64,000 nucleotides of DNA, taken from positions 161,852-225,851 of the forward strand of contig CAVTYZ010000012.1 in the NCBI GenBank assembly GCA_963739035.1, in the 5' to 3' direction. Made by a program: the position numbers and the translations under genes. Under the pieces are notes generated by a model, which was not told the DNA's origin, searched no databases, and worked only from the letters and a program-made list of their open reading frames with translations. Of the stretch, positions 43,540 through 53,526 are shown in pieces (positions within the stretch are counted from its first letter, which is position 1; the number at the start of each line of letters is the position of its first letter). Origin of the DNA: an uncultured Acidobacteriota bacterium. Its GTDB lineage: Bacteria; Acidobacteriota; Vicinamibacteria; Vicinamibacterales; SCN-69-37.

Positions 43540-43794
43540 CGCTCTGGGCCTGAGGCGGAGATTCGGTGTGGTGCTCTCGCAGAATCGACTGGATGCGATC
43601 CTTCAGCGCCAGTTTCTTTTTCTTGAGTGAGATTTCTTCGAACTGTTGCTGGTCGGTGAGATACGCGAGGCTGGAGAGTTGCTGAATGCGTTGTCGAGTT
43701 GGTGATGCTCGGAAACCAGTTGCCTGAACTCTTCGTGGCTTTCGAGCAACACCGCCCGAACAGGATCATCAGGTGAGAGCTGAGCGCCTGCCAT
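43540..43794 (-). CDS. DUF465 (YdcH-like) small protein; frame-broken, stop not resolved
   Basis: AAGGAGG lies 6 nt upstream of the ATG at 43794. MAGAQLSPDDPVRAVLLESHEEFRQLVSEHHQLDN is in the tail of ORF 43603..44493. It continues in another frame as RIQQLSSLAYLTDQQQFEEISLKKKKLALKDRIQSIL. Confidence 0.6.
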
Positions 43795-43835
43795 GCCCGC
43801 CTCCTTTGTGTAGACGGTGCAAGGTAACACAACGA

Positions 43836-43971
43836 CAGGGCAAAGGGCAGAGGGCAAAGGGCAAAGGAGAGGGAAAAAGTCGAAGGGAAAAAGAGGGAAA
43901 CAGGTGGCCTTCCCTGCTTCCCTTTCTCCTTCTGCCTTCCCTTTGCCCTTTGCCCTCTGCCCTTTGCCCTG
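43836..43971. repeat. 136-bp purine-tract / pyrimidine-tract inverted repeat with 32-bp perfect arms built from GGGCARA heptamers. G3N4G3N4G3N4G3 motif on both strands.
   Basis: 43836-43867 (cagggcaaagggcagagggcaaagggcaaagg) is the exact reverse complement of 43940-43971. The 72-nt interior is A/G-rich, then C/T-rich. Heptamers read GGGCAAA GGGCAGA GGGCAAA GGGCAAA on the left and TGCCCTT TGCCCTC TGCCCTT TGCCCTG on the right. Confidence 0.9.
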
Positions 43972-44430
43972 ACATGTGTCTTTTCCACAGAATGACGGCG
44001 TCCTCCCGCGGATCCTGGTAATAGTCACGCCGAATCCCTTCGACGGCAAAGCCCAGCCCCTCGTAGAGCGCGCGGGCGGCCGTGTTCGATCGGCGGACCT
44101 CGAGCGTCGCGGCGGTGCGCCCCGGCGTCGACGGCTTCGGCCAGCACGTGCTGGAGCAGCCGGCGGGCCAGACCCTCGCGCCGGCGCTCCGACATCGACG
44201 GCCAGGCTGTTGATGTGCAACTCGTCGAAGACCATCCAGCACGCGCAATAGGCGACGAGACCGCCGGCCGGATCGCGCATGACGTAGAGACGTGAGACGT
44301 CCGTGTTCTCGAGCTCCCAGCGAATGGCCTCTGCGCCCCAGGGATTCGTGAACGTCTGGCGCTGCAGCGCGTCCACGGCGGCGAGATCTTCCGGGCCGGC
44401 CGGCCCGACGGATGGTGTAATCAGGCGCCG
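43972..44430 (-). CDS. rimI: Ribosomal-protein-alanine N-acetyltransferase RimI (GNAT); frame-broken, 3' end uncertain
   Basis: Segments: EDLAAVDALQRQTFTNPWGAEAIRWELENTDVSRLYVMRDPAGGLVAYCACWMVFDELHINSLAV (ORF 43603..44493) and ATLEVRRSNTAARALYEGLGFAVEGIRRDYYQDPREDAVILWKR (ORF 43769..44815). The as-given frame has no stop until 43769, so it reads through the repeat. Confidence 0.65.
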
Positions 44431-45164
44431 CGTTCTCGCTCGCCGGTGAGCCCGTTCCCGCACGAGCACAGCGTCGGGTCTGCGAACGTACAAGGGCCTG
44501 AGCGCGTGCGGCGGCCGGGCGCGCTCCGGGGCGAGGCGGCGATGCGCGCGGCCGACTCGGCGAGCGACATCGGCATATCCGACGATCGCGGCGTGCGGAA
44601 GGGCGCCGACTGAGAACCGCGGTCCACCGTCGTCCGGTCGTCACACACGACGACGAGCTGCACGGCCTCGCGAAGCGGCTGGCAAGAAGATCGGCGAGTT
44701 CCTCGGGCCGCGCCGCCATGGGCTCGAGGAGCGGTGTGCACGTCGTCGAGCGAAGCCGCGCCGGCGCGCGTCGACCGCCGCCGCGAACACCTCGCCCCGC
44801 TGCCCGTCCAGCCACGCGACGACCACCGCGCCGTCCTGTGAGAGGCTGGGCAGCCAGGCGCGATCATCGCGTCCAGGGTCGGCACGCTCACGACCAGGCG
44901 GTCGCCCGGCGAGCGCGAATCCCTGAATCGGCCGCGATGCCGACACGCAGTCCGGTGAACGATCCCGGTCCTGACACGACGGCGAACAGATCCGACATCA
45001 GCGAGTTGATGTGGCCGCCGAGCGCCGAGCCACTCGAGAATCTCGCCGGGAAGCCGCTCCCCATGCGTGCGCGTGCTGTCGCCGACGCGCCCCTCACAGG
45101 TCGTTCCCGCGCACGTCGCGAGACTTCCGCGACGCGTGACGGTCTCGAGCGCGAGGGTCAGCAT
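44421..45164 (-). CDS. tsaB: tRNA threonylcarbamoyladenosine biosynthesis protein TsaB (YeaZ); frame-broken
   Basis: ATG at 45164 ([16 protein letters not shown]). Segments: [19 protein letters not shown] (ORF 44888..45097); [16 protein letters not shown] (ORF 44641..44946); PLYVRRPDA near the end. It lies upstream of rimI, as in the common tsaB-rimI arrangement. Confidence 0.7.
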   Translation of the reverse strand: MLTLALETVTRRGSLATCAGTTCEGRVGDSTRTHGERLPGEILEWLGARRPHQLADVGSVRRRVRTGIVHRTACRHRGRFRDSRSPGDRLVVSVPTLDAMIAPGCPASHRTARWSSRGWTGSGARCSRRRSTRAGAASLDDVHTAPRAHGGAARGTRRSSCQPLREAVQLVVVCDDRTTVDRGSQSAPFRTPRSSDMPMSLAESAARIAASPRSAPGRRTRSGPCTFADPTLCSCGNGLTGERERGA

Positions 45165-45230
45165 CGTCAGCAGAATGTTATAGCCTGTCTGTTCGACACC
45201 GTGACGACGTCCAGCACCTCGCCGGCCTCG

Positions 45231-47849
45231 ATGGACACGGCTACGCCGGCCATGCGGCAGTACCTCGAGGTCAAGCGCCAGCACCGAGACGCGATCGTCT
45301 GCTTTCGCATGGGCGACTTCTACGAGCTGTTCTACGAGGACGCGCTCGTCGCCTCGCGCGTGCTCGAACTGACGCTGACGTCGCGCGCAAAGGACGCGCA
45401 GGGCGCGGCCATCCCGATGTGCGGCGTGCCGTTTCACGCGCTCGACGTCTACCTCGCGCGGCTCGTCCGCAAGGGCTACCGCGTCGCGATCTGCGATCAG
45501 GTCGAGGACGCGCGCAAGGCGAAGGGGCTGGTCCGGCGCGAGGTGACGCGTGTCGTGTCGCCCGGCACGTTCACGGACGCGAGCTATCTCGACGCGCGGG
45601 AGCCGGCGTTTCTGGCGGCCGTGTCCGTCGCCGGCGACGAACGGCGCCTGGGGGCTGGCGTTCCTCGACATCTCCACGGGCCAGTTTGCGGCGGCGGAGT
45701 TCGCCGGCGCGGAGGCGCTGGCATCGCTGGCCGCCGAGTTGAGCCTGCTGAGGCCGAAAGAACTGCTGGCCGCCGACGGCGCCGCGATCGACGGGCTGCC
45801 TGCCGGACGGGTCGCCCTGCCGCGTGACGCGGATCGACGGGTGGACGCTCGATCCGGCTCGCGCCCGCGACGTGCTCTGCGAGCAACTGGGCACGACGTC
45901 GCTCGCCGGGTACGGGCTCGAGCAGGCCACGGCCGCGGTGTCCGCCGCGGGCGGCGTGCTCACCTATCTCAAGGACACGCAGCGCACCGATCTCGGCCAC
46001 GTCCGCGACATCTCGCTCCACACGGCGGCCGACGCGCTGCTGATCGATCCGGTCACGCTCCGGCACCTCAACGTGATCGAGGGCGTCGGAGGGTGGCCGG
46101 TCCGGCTCGCTGCTCGACGACATCGACCGCACCGTGACCGCGATGGGAGGACGGCTGCTGCGCCAGTGGCTCGTCCGGCCGCTCGTGACGCTCGCCCGCA
46201 TTCAGGATCGGCTCGACGCGGTCGAGGACTTCGCGTTTCGCGTCACCGAACGCGGCAAGCTGCGCGAGGCGCTTCGCGGCCTGCACGACCTGGAGCGTCT
46301 GGTCGCGCGCGTGTCGCTCGGCACCGCCGGGCCGCGCGACGTCGCCGCCCTCGGCCAGTCGCTCGCGCTCATTCCGCGCATTCGGGCGTGCACGCAGGAC
46401 CTGCAGGCGCCGCTCACGCGCAGCCTGGCGGCCGAGCTCGACGACGTCGCTGACGTGCGTGATGCGATCGTGAGCGACGCTCGTGGACGAGCCGCCGGCG
46501 GTCGCCCGAGACGGCGGCTTGATTCGCGACGGCGTCGATCGCCGAGCTCGACGAGCTGCGCGCCATCAGCCGCGGCGGCAAGACCGCGATTGCCGCGATG
46601 GAGGACGGCGAGCGCGCGCGGACGGGCATCTCGTCGCTGAAGATTCGCTACAACCGCGTGTTCGGCTACTACCTCGAGGTCTCGAAGTCGAACCTGTCGA
46701 GCGTGCCTGCCGACTACATCCGGAAGCAGACGGTCGCCGGCGGCGAGCGCTTCATCACGCCGGCGCTCAAGGAGTACGAAGACAAGGTGCTCAGCGCCGA
46801 CGAGCGCATCAGCGTTCGCGAGCTGGAGCTCTTCGAGGCGTTGTGCCGGCGCATCGCGGCGGAGGCCGTGCGCATTCTCGACTCGGCGCGCGCCGTCGCC
46901 ACGCTCGACGTGCTGTCGGCGCTCGGCGACACCGCGACGACGCGCGAACTTCACGAAGCCGTTCCTGCACGAAGGCGATGAGTTCCAGGCGACCGACGCG
47001 CGCCACGTCGTCGTCGAACGACACCTGGCCGGCGCGTTCGTGCCGAACGACGTGCACCTGGACGGGAACGGCCGGCAGCTCATCATCCTCACCGGGCCGA
47101 ACATGGGCGGCAAGTCCACGTACTTGCGCCAGGTCGCTCTGCTGGCGCTCCTGGCGCAGGCCGGGTCGTTCGTGCCGGCCCGTAGCGCCAAACTCGCGCT
47201 CGTGGACCGCATCTTCGCCCGCGTTGGCGCGTCCGACAACATCGCGCGCGGGCAGTCGACGTTCATGGTCGAGATGCAGGAGACGGCGTCGATCCTGCGC
47301 ACGGCGACGTCGCGCAGCCTCGTGATCCTCGACGAGATCGGCCGCGGCACGGCGACGTTCGACGGCTTGAGCCTGGCGTGGGCCGTCGCCGAGCACCTGG
47401 CATCGAACGATCGCGCGCGCCCGAAGACGATCTTCGCGACGCACTATCACGAGCTGACCGATCTGGCGGACGCGCTGCCGTCGGTCGTCAACTGCCACGT
47501 CGCCGCACGGGAGTTCCGCGACGACATCGTGTTCCTGCACAAGATCGTCGCGGGTCGATCGGACCGAAGCTACGGCATCCAGGTGGCGCGGCTGGCGGGT
47601 CTGCCGGCGGCGGTCGTCCGCCGCGCGGCCGAGATTCTCAAGTCACTCGAGCAGGACGAGCTTCAACGCGGCGGGCGGCCGAGCCTGAGCGGCGCGGCCA
47701 GCACGCGTCAGCGGCAACTCGCGCTGTTTCAGGCGCCCGCCGAGACACATCCCGTCGTCACGGCGCTGCGCGATCTCGACCTCGATCGAATGACGCCGAT
47801 CGACGCGCTGAATCTGCTCGCGTCCCTCAAGCGTGAGGCTGACTCGTGA
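45231..47849 (+). CDS. mutS: DNA mismatch repair protein MutS; frame-broken in the first two thirds
   Basis: N-terminus [52 protein letters not shown]...[33 protein letters not shown] (ORF 44718..45827). Middle segments in ORFs 45550..46137, 46134..46640, 46598..46981 and 46483..47325. The last 269 codons are intact, with Walker [17 protein letters not shown] and STFMVEM (ORF 47040..47849). Confidence 0.9.
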
Positions 47850-49420
47850 CGCGGTTGCGCGTCGTCGCGACGGTGTTCGCGCTGATGCTCGCGCTCGCCG
47901 GCAGTTGTCGACGCGCCGATGCGCCGCCGAGGCGACTGGATTGTGCTCGCGCTCGCCAGCTCGCCCACCAATCTCGATCCGGCCATCGGGCTCGACGAGT
48001 CTTCGCAGCGGCTGCATCAGCTGATGTTCAGCTCGCTGCTCCGCATCGATGACAACCTGCGGAACGTGCCTGATCTGGCGACCCGGTTCGAGATGCAGGA
48101 CCCGCAGACCTACGTCGCCGAGATTCCGCCGGGTGTCCGGTTCCACGACGGCCGCGAGATGACGTCGGAGGATGTCGCCTACACGTTCCGCCGCTTCCTC
48201 GATCCCGCGCTCGTGTCCGGACGAAAAGGCGCGTACCAGGATCTCGCCGCCGTGGACATCGCTCGACCGCTACACGGTCGCGTTTCGCCTGAAGCGTCCG
48301 TCCGGTTCCTTTTCGGCCAACCTCATCAACATGGGCATCGTGCCGGCGGGGACCGGCGGCACGATGGCGCAGTCGCCCGTCGGGCAGCGGGCCGTATCAG
48401 TTCTCAGGAGATCGTCGCGGACGACCACGTGACGCTGCGGACAGTTCGACGGCTACTACCGCGGCGCGCCGAAGAACGACGGCCTGATCTTCAAGGTCGT
48501 TCCGGACGAGACGATGCGAAGTCTCGAGCTGCGCAAGGGCGACGTGGATCTGGTCGTGAACGACGTCGCGCCCGACCTCGTCCACGGCCTCGCGCAAGCA
48601 GCCAGGGCTCTCGGTCGTCACGGGCCCGGGCACCGATTACGCGTACATCGGCCTGAACCTGCGCGATCCGATCCTCAGGGACCGGCGGGTGCGTCAGGCG
48701 ATCGCCTATGCCATCGACCGCGAGGCCATCGTCCGCTATCTCCAGCGGGACCTGGCGCGAGAGACGACGGGCATCATCCCGTCGATGTCGTGGGCGTACA
48801 GCCGACGATCTGTTCGCGTTCACCCGGGACCTGGACCGGTCGCGCGAGCTGCTCGACGAGGCGGGATATCCGCGATCCCGATGGGCCCGGCCCCGCGCCC
48901 GCGGCTGCGCCTGACGCTGAAGACGTCGACGGTCGAGCGCTATCGCGTGCAGGCGGCAGCGCTTCAGCACCAGCTCGGCGAGGCCGGCATCGCGCTCGAG
49001 ATTCGGTCGCACGAGTTCGCCACGCTGTTTTCCGACGTGATTCGCGGCAACGTCCAGCTCTACACGCTCGTCTTCACCGGCGGCTCGGTCGCCGATCCGG
49101 ACATCCTGCGGCGGGTGTTCCACTCCACGCAGATGCCGCCGAGCGGCTTCAACCGGGCGCACTACGCCAACGCCGATGTCGATCGCCTGATCGATCAGGC
49201 CACGGCCGCCCTCGCGGAAAACGAGCGGCGCGCGCTACTACATCGAAGCGCAGCGGCTCATCGCCGCCGACGCGCCGATGATCAGCCTCTGGGCGCGCAC
49301 GAACGTCGCGGTCGCGACAGTCGACACTGACCGGCATCCGCCTGTCGCCGATCGGCGATTTCGATTTTCTCTGGCAGGTGTCGCGGACTACGGAGCACCG
49401 AGTGGATCGCGTGATCGATC
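47846..49420 (+). CDS. ABC transporter substrate-binding protein, family 5 (peptide/nickel type), probable lipoprotein; frame-broken, 3' end approximate
   Basis: GTG at 47846 overlaps the mutS stop (GTGA). Signal/lipobox-like [15 protein letters not shown]. Segments: [40 protein letters not shown]...[18 protein letters not shown] (ORF 47919..48656) and [14 protein letters not shown] (ORF 48689..49330). Confidence 0.7.
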
Positions 49421-49452
49421 GCCGACCTGCAGGTCGGCGGTGCAGTCACGAA

Positions 49453-49468
49453 TACAATACCCATCATG
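49453..49468 (+). promoter_or_regulatory. -10 hexamer TACAAT 7 nt upstream of ATG 49466 (possible leaderless start of the DHS-like gene)
   Basis: Read directly: cgaaTACAATacccatcATG. No SD-like purine run lies between the hexamer and the ATG. Confidence 0.4.
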
Positions 49469-50538
49469 GGACGTCGCAAGTCACGCTTCCTTCGCAAGCC
49501 GGTCGAACCGTTCGTCGCCGAAGCCGGACTGTCGGCCGACGCGGTGCTCGAGCGGATGGAACGCATCTCGTTCCAGGGGCGCAACCTCGCGACGGCGCGG
49601 CGCATCTGGGAAAAGATGCTCACGAGCGACGCGACGATTTTTCTCGGCACCGCCGGCGCGCTGTCGGCCGGCGGCATGCGGCTGCTGATCGCGCACCTCA
49701 TCGAGCGCCGCTACGTCGACTGCCTGGTCTCGACCGGCGCCAATCTCTACCACGATCTCCATGAAACGCGCGGCCGACGGCACTTCATCGGCTCGCCCAA
49801 CCTCGACGACGCCGCGCTGGCGGCGGAGCGGATCGACCGGGTGTACGACACGCTCGCGAGCGAGGACGAGTTCTGCAAGAACGACGAGTGGATCGCGTCG
49901 TTCGTGCTGAAGCTCGAACGCCGGCCCGTACACCACGCGCGAGTTCCTCTACAAGCTCGGCGAGCACCTCTGGAACGAGACCGGCAACAACGGCATCCTC
50001 ACGGCGGCCTATCGCGCCAAGGTGCCGATCTTCTGCCCGGCCATCGCCGACTCGTCGATTGGGATGGGCCTGTCGCAGGCGCGGCACCGCGATCAGACCG
50101 CCGGCGTCGCCGACGTCATCGGCGACATCCTCGAGTCGGCCAACATCGTCATTCGCAAGCCGTCCACGGCGACGATTGTGCTCGGCGGCGGGACGCCGAA
50201 GAACTTCATCAACCAGGCGAGCGTGCAGGCCGAGTTCTACGACGACCGCGTCGGCGGCCACAAATACGCGATTCAGATCGTCACCGATGTGCCGTACTAC
50301 GGCGGCGCGAGTGGATCGAGCCTGGAAGAGGCGCAGAGCTGGGGCAAGCTGTCGCTGGAGTCCGAGAAGGTCACCGTGCACGCCGACGTCACGATCGCGC
50401 TGCCGATTCTCGTCAGCGCGCTCGAGACGACGTCGCACGAAGCTCGCAGCGCCGCAAGCGTCCCGGAGTTCGACCCGTCCGGCCGCATCCTGGTCGATGA
50501 ACGGCCAGCCGCTCGGCGACAACAAGTTTCAGGAGTGA
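49466..50538 (+). CDS. Deoxyhypusine synthase-like protein; frame-broken
   Basis: ORF 49466..50500 N-terminal third: ISFQGRNLATARRIWEKMLTSDATIFLGTAGALSAGGMRLLIAHLIERRYVDCLVSTGANLYHDLHE. Second half in ORF 50022..50696: PIFCPAIADSSIGMGL...IVLGGGTPKNFINQ...YAIQIVTDVPYYGGASGSSLEEAQSWGK. End in ORF 49888..50538. Confidence 0.7.
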
Positions 50539-50544
50539 AGGGCT

Positions 50545-50648
50545 CAGAGCCCTTTTCCACAGATCTCGCGACAAAGGGGACAGAGCTGCGGACCGCACGG
50601 ACCCGCGCTCTGTCCCCTTTTGGGCGTGAACTGTGGAAAAGGGCTCTG
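50545..50648. terminator. 104-nt nested inverted repeat (18-bp outer + 14-bp inner perfect stems) between the convergent DHS-like and TPR genes. Probable bidirectional terminator.
   Basis: cagagcccttttccacag (50545-62) pairs with ctgtggaaaagggctctg (50631-48). aaaggggacagagc (50573-86) pairs with gctctgtccccttt (50607-20). Both pairs are exact reverse complements. The apical loop is 20 nt. Confidence 0.6.
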
Positions 50649-50653
50649 ACCCC

Positions 50654-51379
50654 TAGTTCAGACGACGCCAGTTGCTGGCGCGCTTCGAACGCGTAGGACG
50701 AGTCGCTGAACTCGTCCACGACGCGCTGGTAGGCCGCGCGCGCGTCCTGGTTCTTGCCGGCCTTCGCGTACGCCTGCGCGAGCTGGATGAGCACGCCGTC
50801 GATCGGCAGCGTGCCGTCGCGATTGGCCGACAGCTCGGTCAGAAGCTTGATCGCTTCGTCGTACTGCCCCGTGGCGACTTTCGCCTGCGCCACGCCCAGC
50901 CGGGCGACCGACGAGTACAGCTCCGAGTTGCTCGCGGCCACTTCGGCGAATAGCTTCTCCGCCTCGGCCGGCCGGCCAAGGTCCAGCAGCTCGCCAGCCG
51001 ACTTCGTACGTCGCGCTGATCGCAGCGGGCGTGCCGGGATAGGCCGCGATGACTTCCTGGAACGCCTTGAGTGCCGCCTCGCTGCGTGCGGTCTCCGACG
51101 GATAGGTCTCCGGCCGGCTGCGTCGCGCCCGGCAACGTGGACGCCGGCGAAATCGTCGCCTGGGCAATGGCCATGGCGGTGCCGAGCTTCGCGCCGGCTT
51201 CGTTACGCGCGGCTCTTCCGGAACATCAGAAAGCCAGCGAGGCCGCCAATCACGACGACGGCGCGCCACGGCGCCCAGACCGATCTGCTTCTGGTTTCCT
51301 CGTCAGCGCGTCGACCGACGCGGCGGGTGGTTTCCGCAAACTCGTTCTGCTTCAGCTGGTGGCGTTCCTTGGCTTTCAT
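50654..51379 (-). CDS. Membrane-anchored TPR protein (YfgM-like architecture); frame-broken, stop approximate
   Basis: ATG at 51379: MKAKERHQLKQNEFAETT...WRAVVVIGGLAGFLMF (single TM, ORF 51203..51448). TPR-like C-terminal part ELYSSVARLGVAQAKVATGQYDEAIKLLTELS...LIQLAQAYAKAGKNQDARAAYQRVVDEFSDSSYAFEARQQL (ORF 50297..50941). Confidence 0.55.
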
Positions 51380-51494
51380 ACGCTCAAAGTATCTCACAGC
51401 GCTATTTGTGCTCCTGCTTGGTCTGGGATTGGTCTGGGGGTCTGGCACGCGCCGTCCCTCAGCACGCTCGCTCGCGAGGGCCCGAGCGCCCCGC

Positions 51495-51509
51495 TACAAT
51501 GTCGCCGTG
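51495..51509 (+). promoter_or_regulatory. -10 hexamer TACAAT 6 nt upstream of GTG 51507 (possible leaderless start of the PQQ dehydrogenase gene)
   Basis: Read directly: ccgcTACAATgtcgccGTGaaa. No SD-like sequence is present. Confidence 0.4.
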
Positions 51510-53524
51510 AAACGCGCTCTTTTCGCGGGGCCGGTTCTGTCCGCCGTCCTGTCTCGCCGCGGCCGCGACACTGCCCCTCAGCGGCCAGACACCGGAGCCG
51601 GGTCCGGGCCAGACGCTGTTCAACGAGCACTGTGTGCTCTGCCACGGCGCCCTCAGCGAGGGCGGGTCGGGCCCCGACCTGACCAATCCGCGGTGGCACG
51701 CCGAGCGGACCGACGCGGAGATCGATCGCGTCATTCGGGACGGCGTCCCGAACACGCCGATGCCGGCGTTCGCCTCGCGCATCGACGCGAAGGGCCGCGC
51801 GGCGCTCGTCGAATTGCTCCGGGCCCTCAGCAAGCGCGCCATTCAGCCCACGACGAACGTCACGGCGCCCGTCATCCGGGTCTCGCCGGACCGGCTCTCG
51901 CGCGCGTCGACCGATCCGGACCACTGGCTGATGTACGGCGGCGACTACGGGCAGACGCGGTTCAGCGCGCTCGGGACCATCAACCGATCGACGGTCCAGA
52001 ACCTCGTGCCCGTGTGGAGCTTTCAGACGGGCGTCGCCGACGGACTGACGGGGATGCCGCTCGTCGTCGACGGCGTGATCTTCCTGACAACCGCCTGGAA
52101 CCACGCGTTTGCCATCGATGCTCGCACGGGCGCCGAGCTCTGGCACTACCAGCGGCGACTGCCGCCGACGAGCGAGCTGAGCTTCTGCTGCGGGCCGAGC
52201 AATCGCGGGGTCGCGATCTGGAACGACCTCGTCTACATGGCCACGCTCGACGCGCATCTCGTCGCGCTCGACGCCAGAACCGGTCGTGTCCGCTGGGATG
52301 TCGAGCTCGGCAAGACCAGCGACAACCTGAACTTCAAGCAGCCGCCGCTCGTCGTCGGCGACCGGCTGATCGTGGGCAGCGCGGGCGGCGACAGCCCCAG
52401 TCGCGGTTTCATCGACGCGTACGACGCCGCGACCGGGCGCCGCCTCTGGCGCTTCTACACCGTGCCGGCCCCGGGCGAGCCGGGCAGCGAGACGTGGCCG
52501 GCCGGCGACGCGTGGAAGACCGGCGGCGGCGCGCCGTGGATGCAGGGCACGTACGACCCCGAGCTCAACCTCGTCTACTGGAGCGTCGGACAGCCCTATC
52601 CCGTCTACGACGGCGCACCGCGGCCGGGCGACAACCTGTACACGAACTCGGTCGTCGCGCTCGATCCGACGAACGGCGACGCTGAAGTGGCACTACCAGT
52701 TCACGCCGCACGAGCTCTGGGACTACGACGGCGTGACCGAGAACATCCCGATCGACATCGACTTCGCCGGCCGCCGTCGTCGCGCGATCATCCACGCCGA
52801 TCGGAACGGTTTCCTGTACGCGATCGATCGAACGAACGGTCAGTTCCTGTTCGCGAAGCCGTTCGTGAAGACGACGTGGGCGACCGGATTCACGCCTGAG
52901 GGCCGCCCGATCGTGAATCCTGCGGCCATTCCGAGCTACGCGGGATCGGAAGTCTGTCCGGGCGCGGCCGGCGGGAAACAGTGGACGGGCATGGCGTACA
53001 GCCCGCTGACCAGGTGGCTGTACGTTCCCGTCATCGAAAACTGCGCGACGTTCTTCAACTACGGCGTCGAGGCACGCGCGAAGGGCTTGCCGCCCGGCCC
53101 CAACGGTTTCCGGTATCTGCCCGGCAAGGCGTTCGGCAAGGTGATGGCGATCGACCCGTCGAACGGCGACGTCAAGTGGCAGCTCAACACGCGATCTCCG
53201 ATGTCCGCCTCGATGCTCGCAACGGCCGGCGGCCTCGTCTTTACCGGTGACGCCGAGGGCAACGTCGTCGCCTACGACGACCGGAACGGCGAGCTTTTGT
53301 GGTCGTACCAGACCGGTTCCGGCATTCGCAGCGGTCCTGTCGCGTTCAGGCTGGATGGCGTCGAGTACATCGCGGTGGCCTCGGGCCTTGGCGGCGCGGT
53401 CGGCGGCTACACCGGTCCCGGCGCGCCGTGGCTCCGCAATTTCCGCGGCGGCGGCACGCTGACCGTGTTCCGACTCTTTCAGCCGAATGCGTCAACGCCG
53501 TTTCATGGAGGGGCAAGAGAGTAG
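51507..53524 (+). CDS. PQQ-dependent alcohol-dehydrogenase-family quinohaemoprotein with an N-terminal c-type cytochrome domain; two frame breaks
   Basis: Signal-like VKRALFAGPVLSAVLS. Haem motif CVLCH (51631-45) with downstream NTPMPAF. PQQ propeller in ORF 51634..52899: LMYGGDYGQTRFSAL...WSFQTGV...vicinal Cys pair SFCCGPSNRGVAIW...LVALDARTGRVRWD. It continues in ORF 52733..53524: NGFLYAIDRTNGQ...KVMAIDPSNGDVKWQ...VVAYDDRNGELLWS. Confidence 0.8.
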
Positions 53525-53526
53525 TA

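Noticed and set aside
43769-43975. C-terminal extension of RimI encoded by the heptamer repeat (..KRHMSGQRAEGKGQREGRRRKGSREGHLFPSFSLRLFPSPLPFALCPLP..).
   Set aside because: All three frames are open across the repeat purely because of its composition. The 7-nt periodicity is incompatible with selection on a reading frame. GNAT RimI proteins end shortly after the ..ILWKR-type strand. The missing stop is most likely another indel effect.
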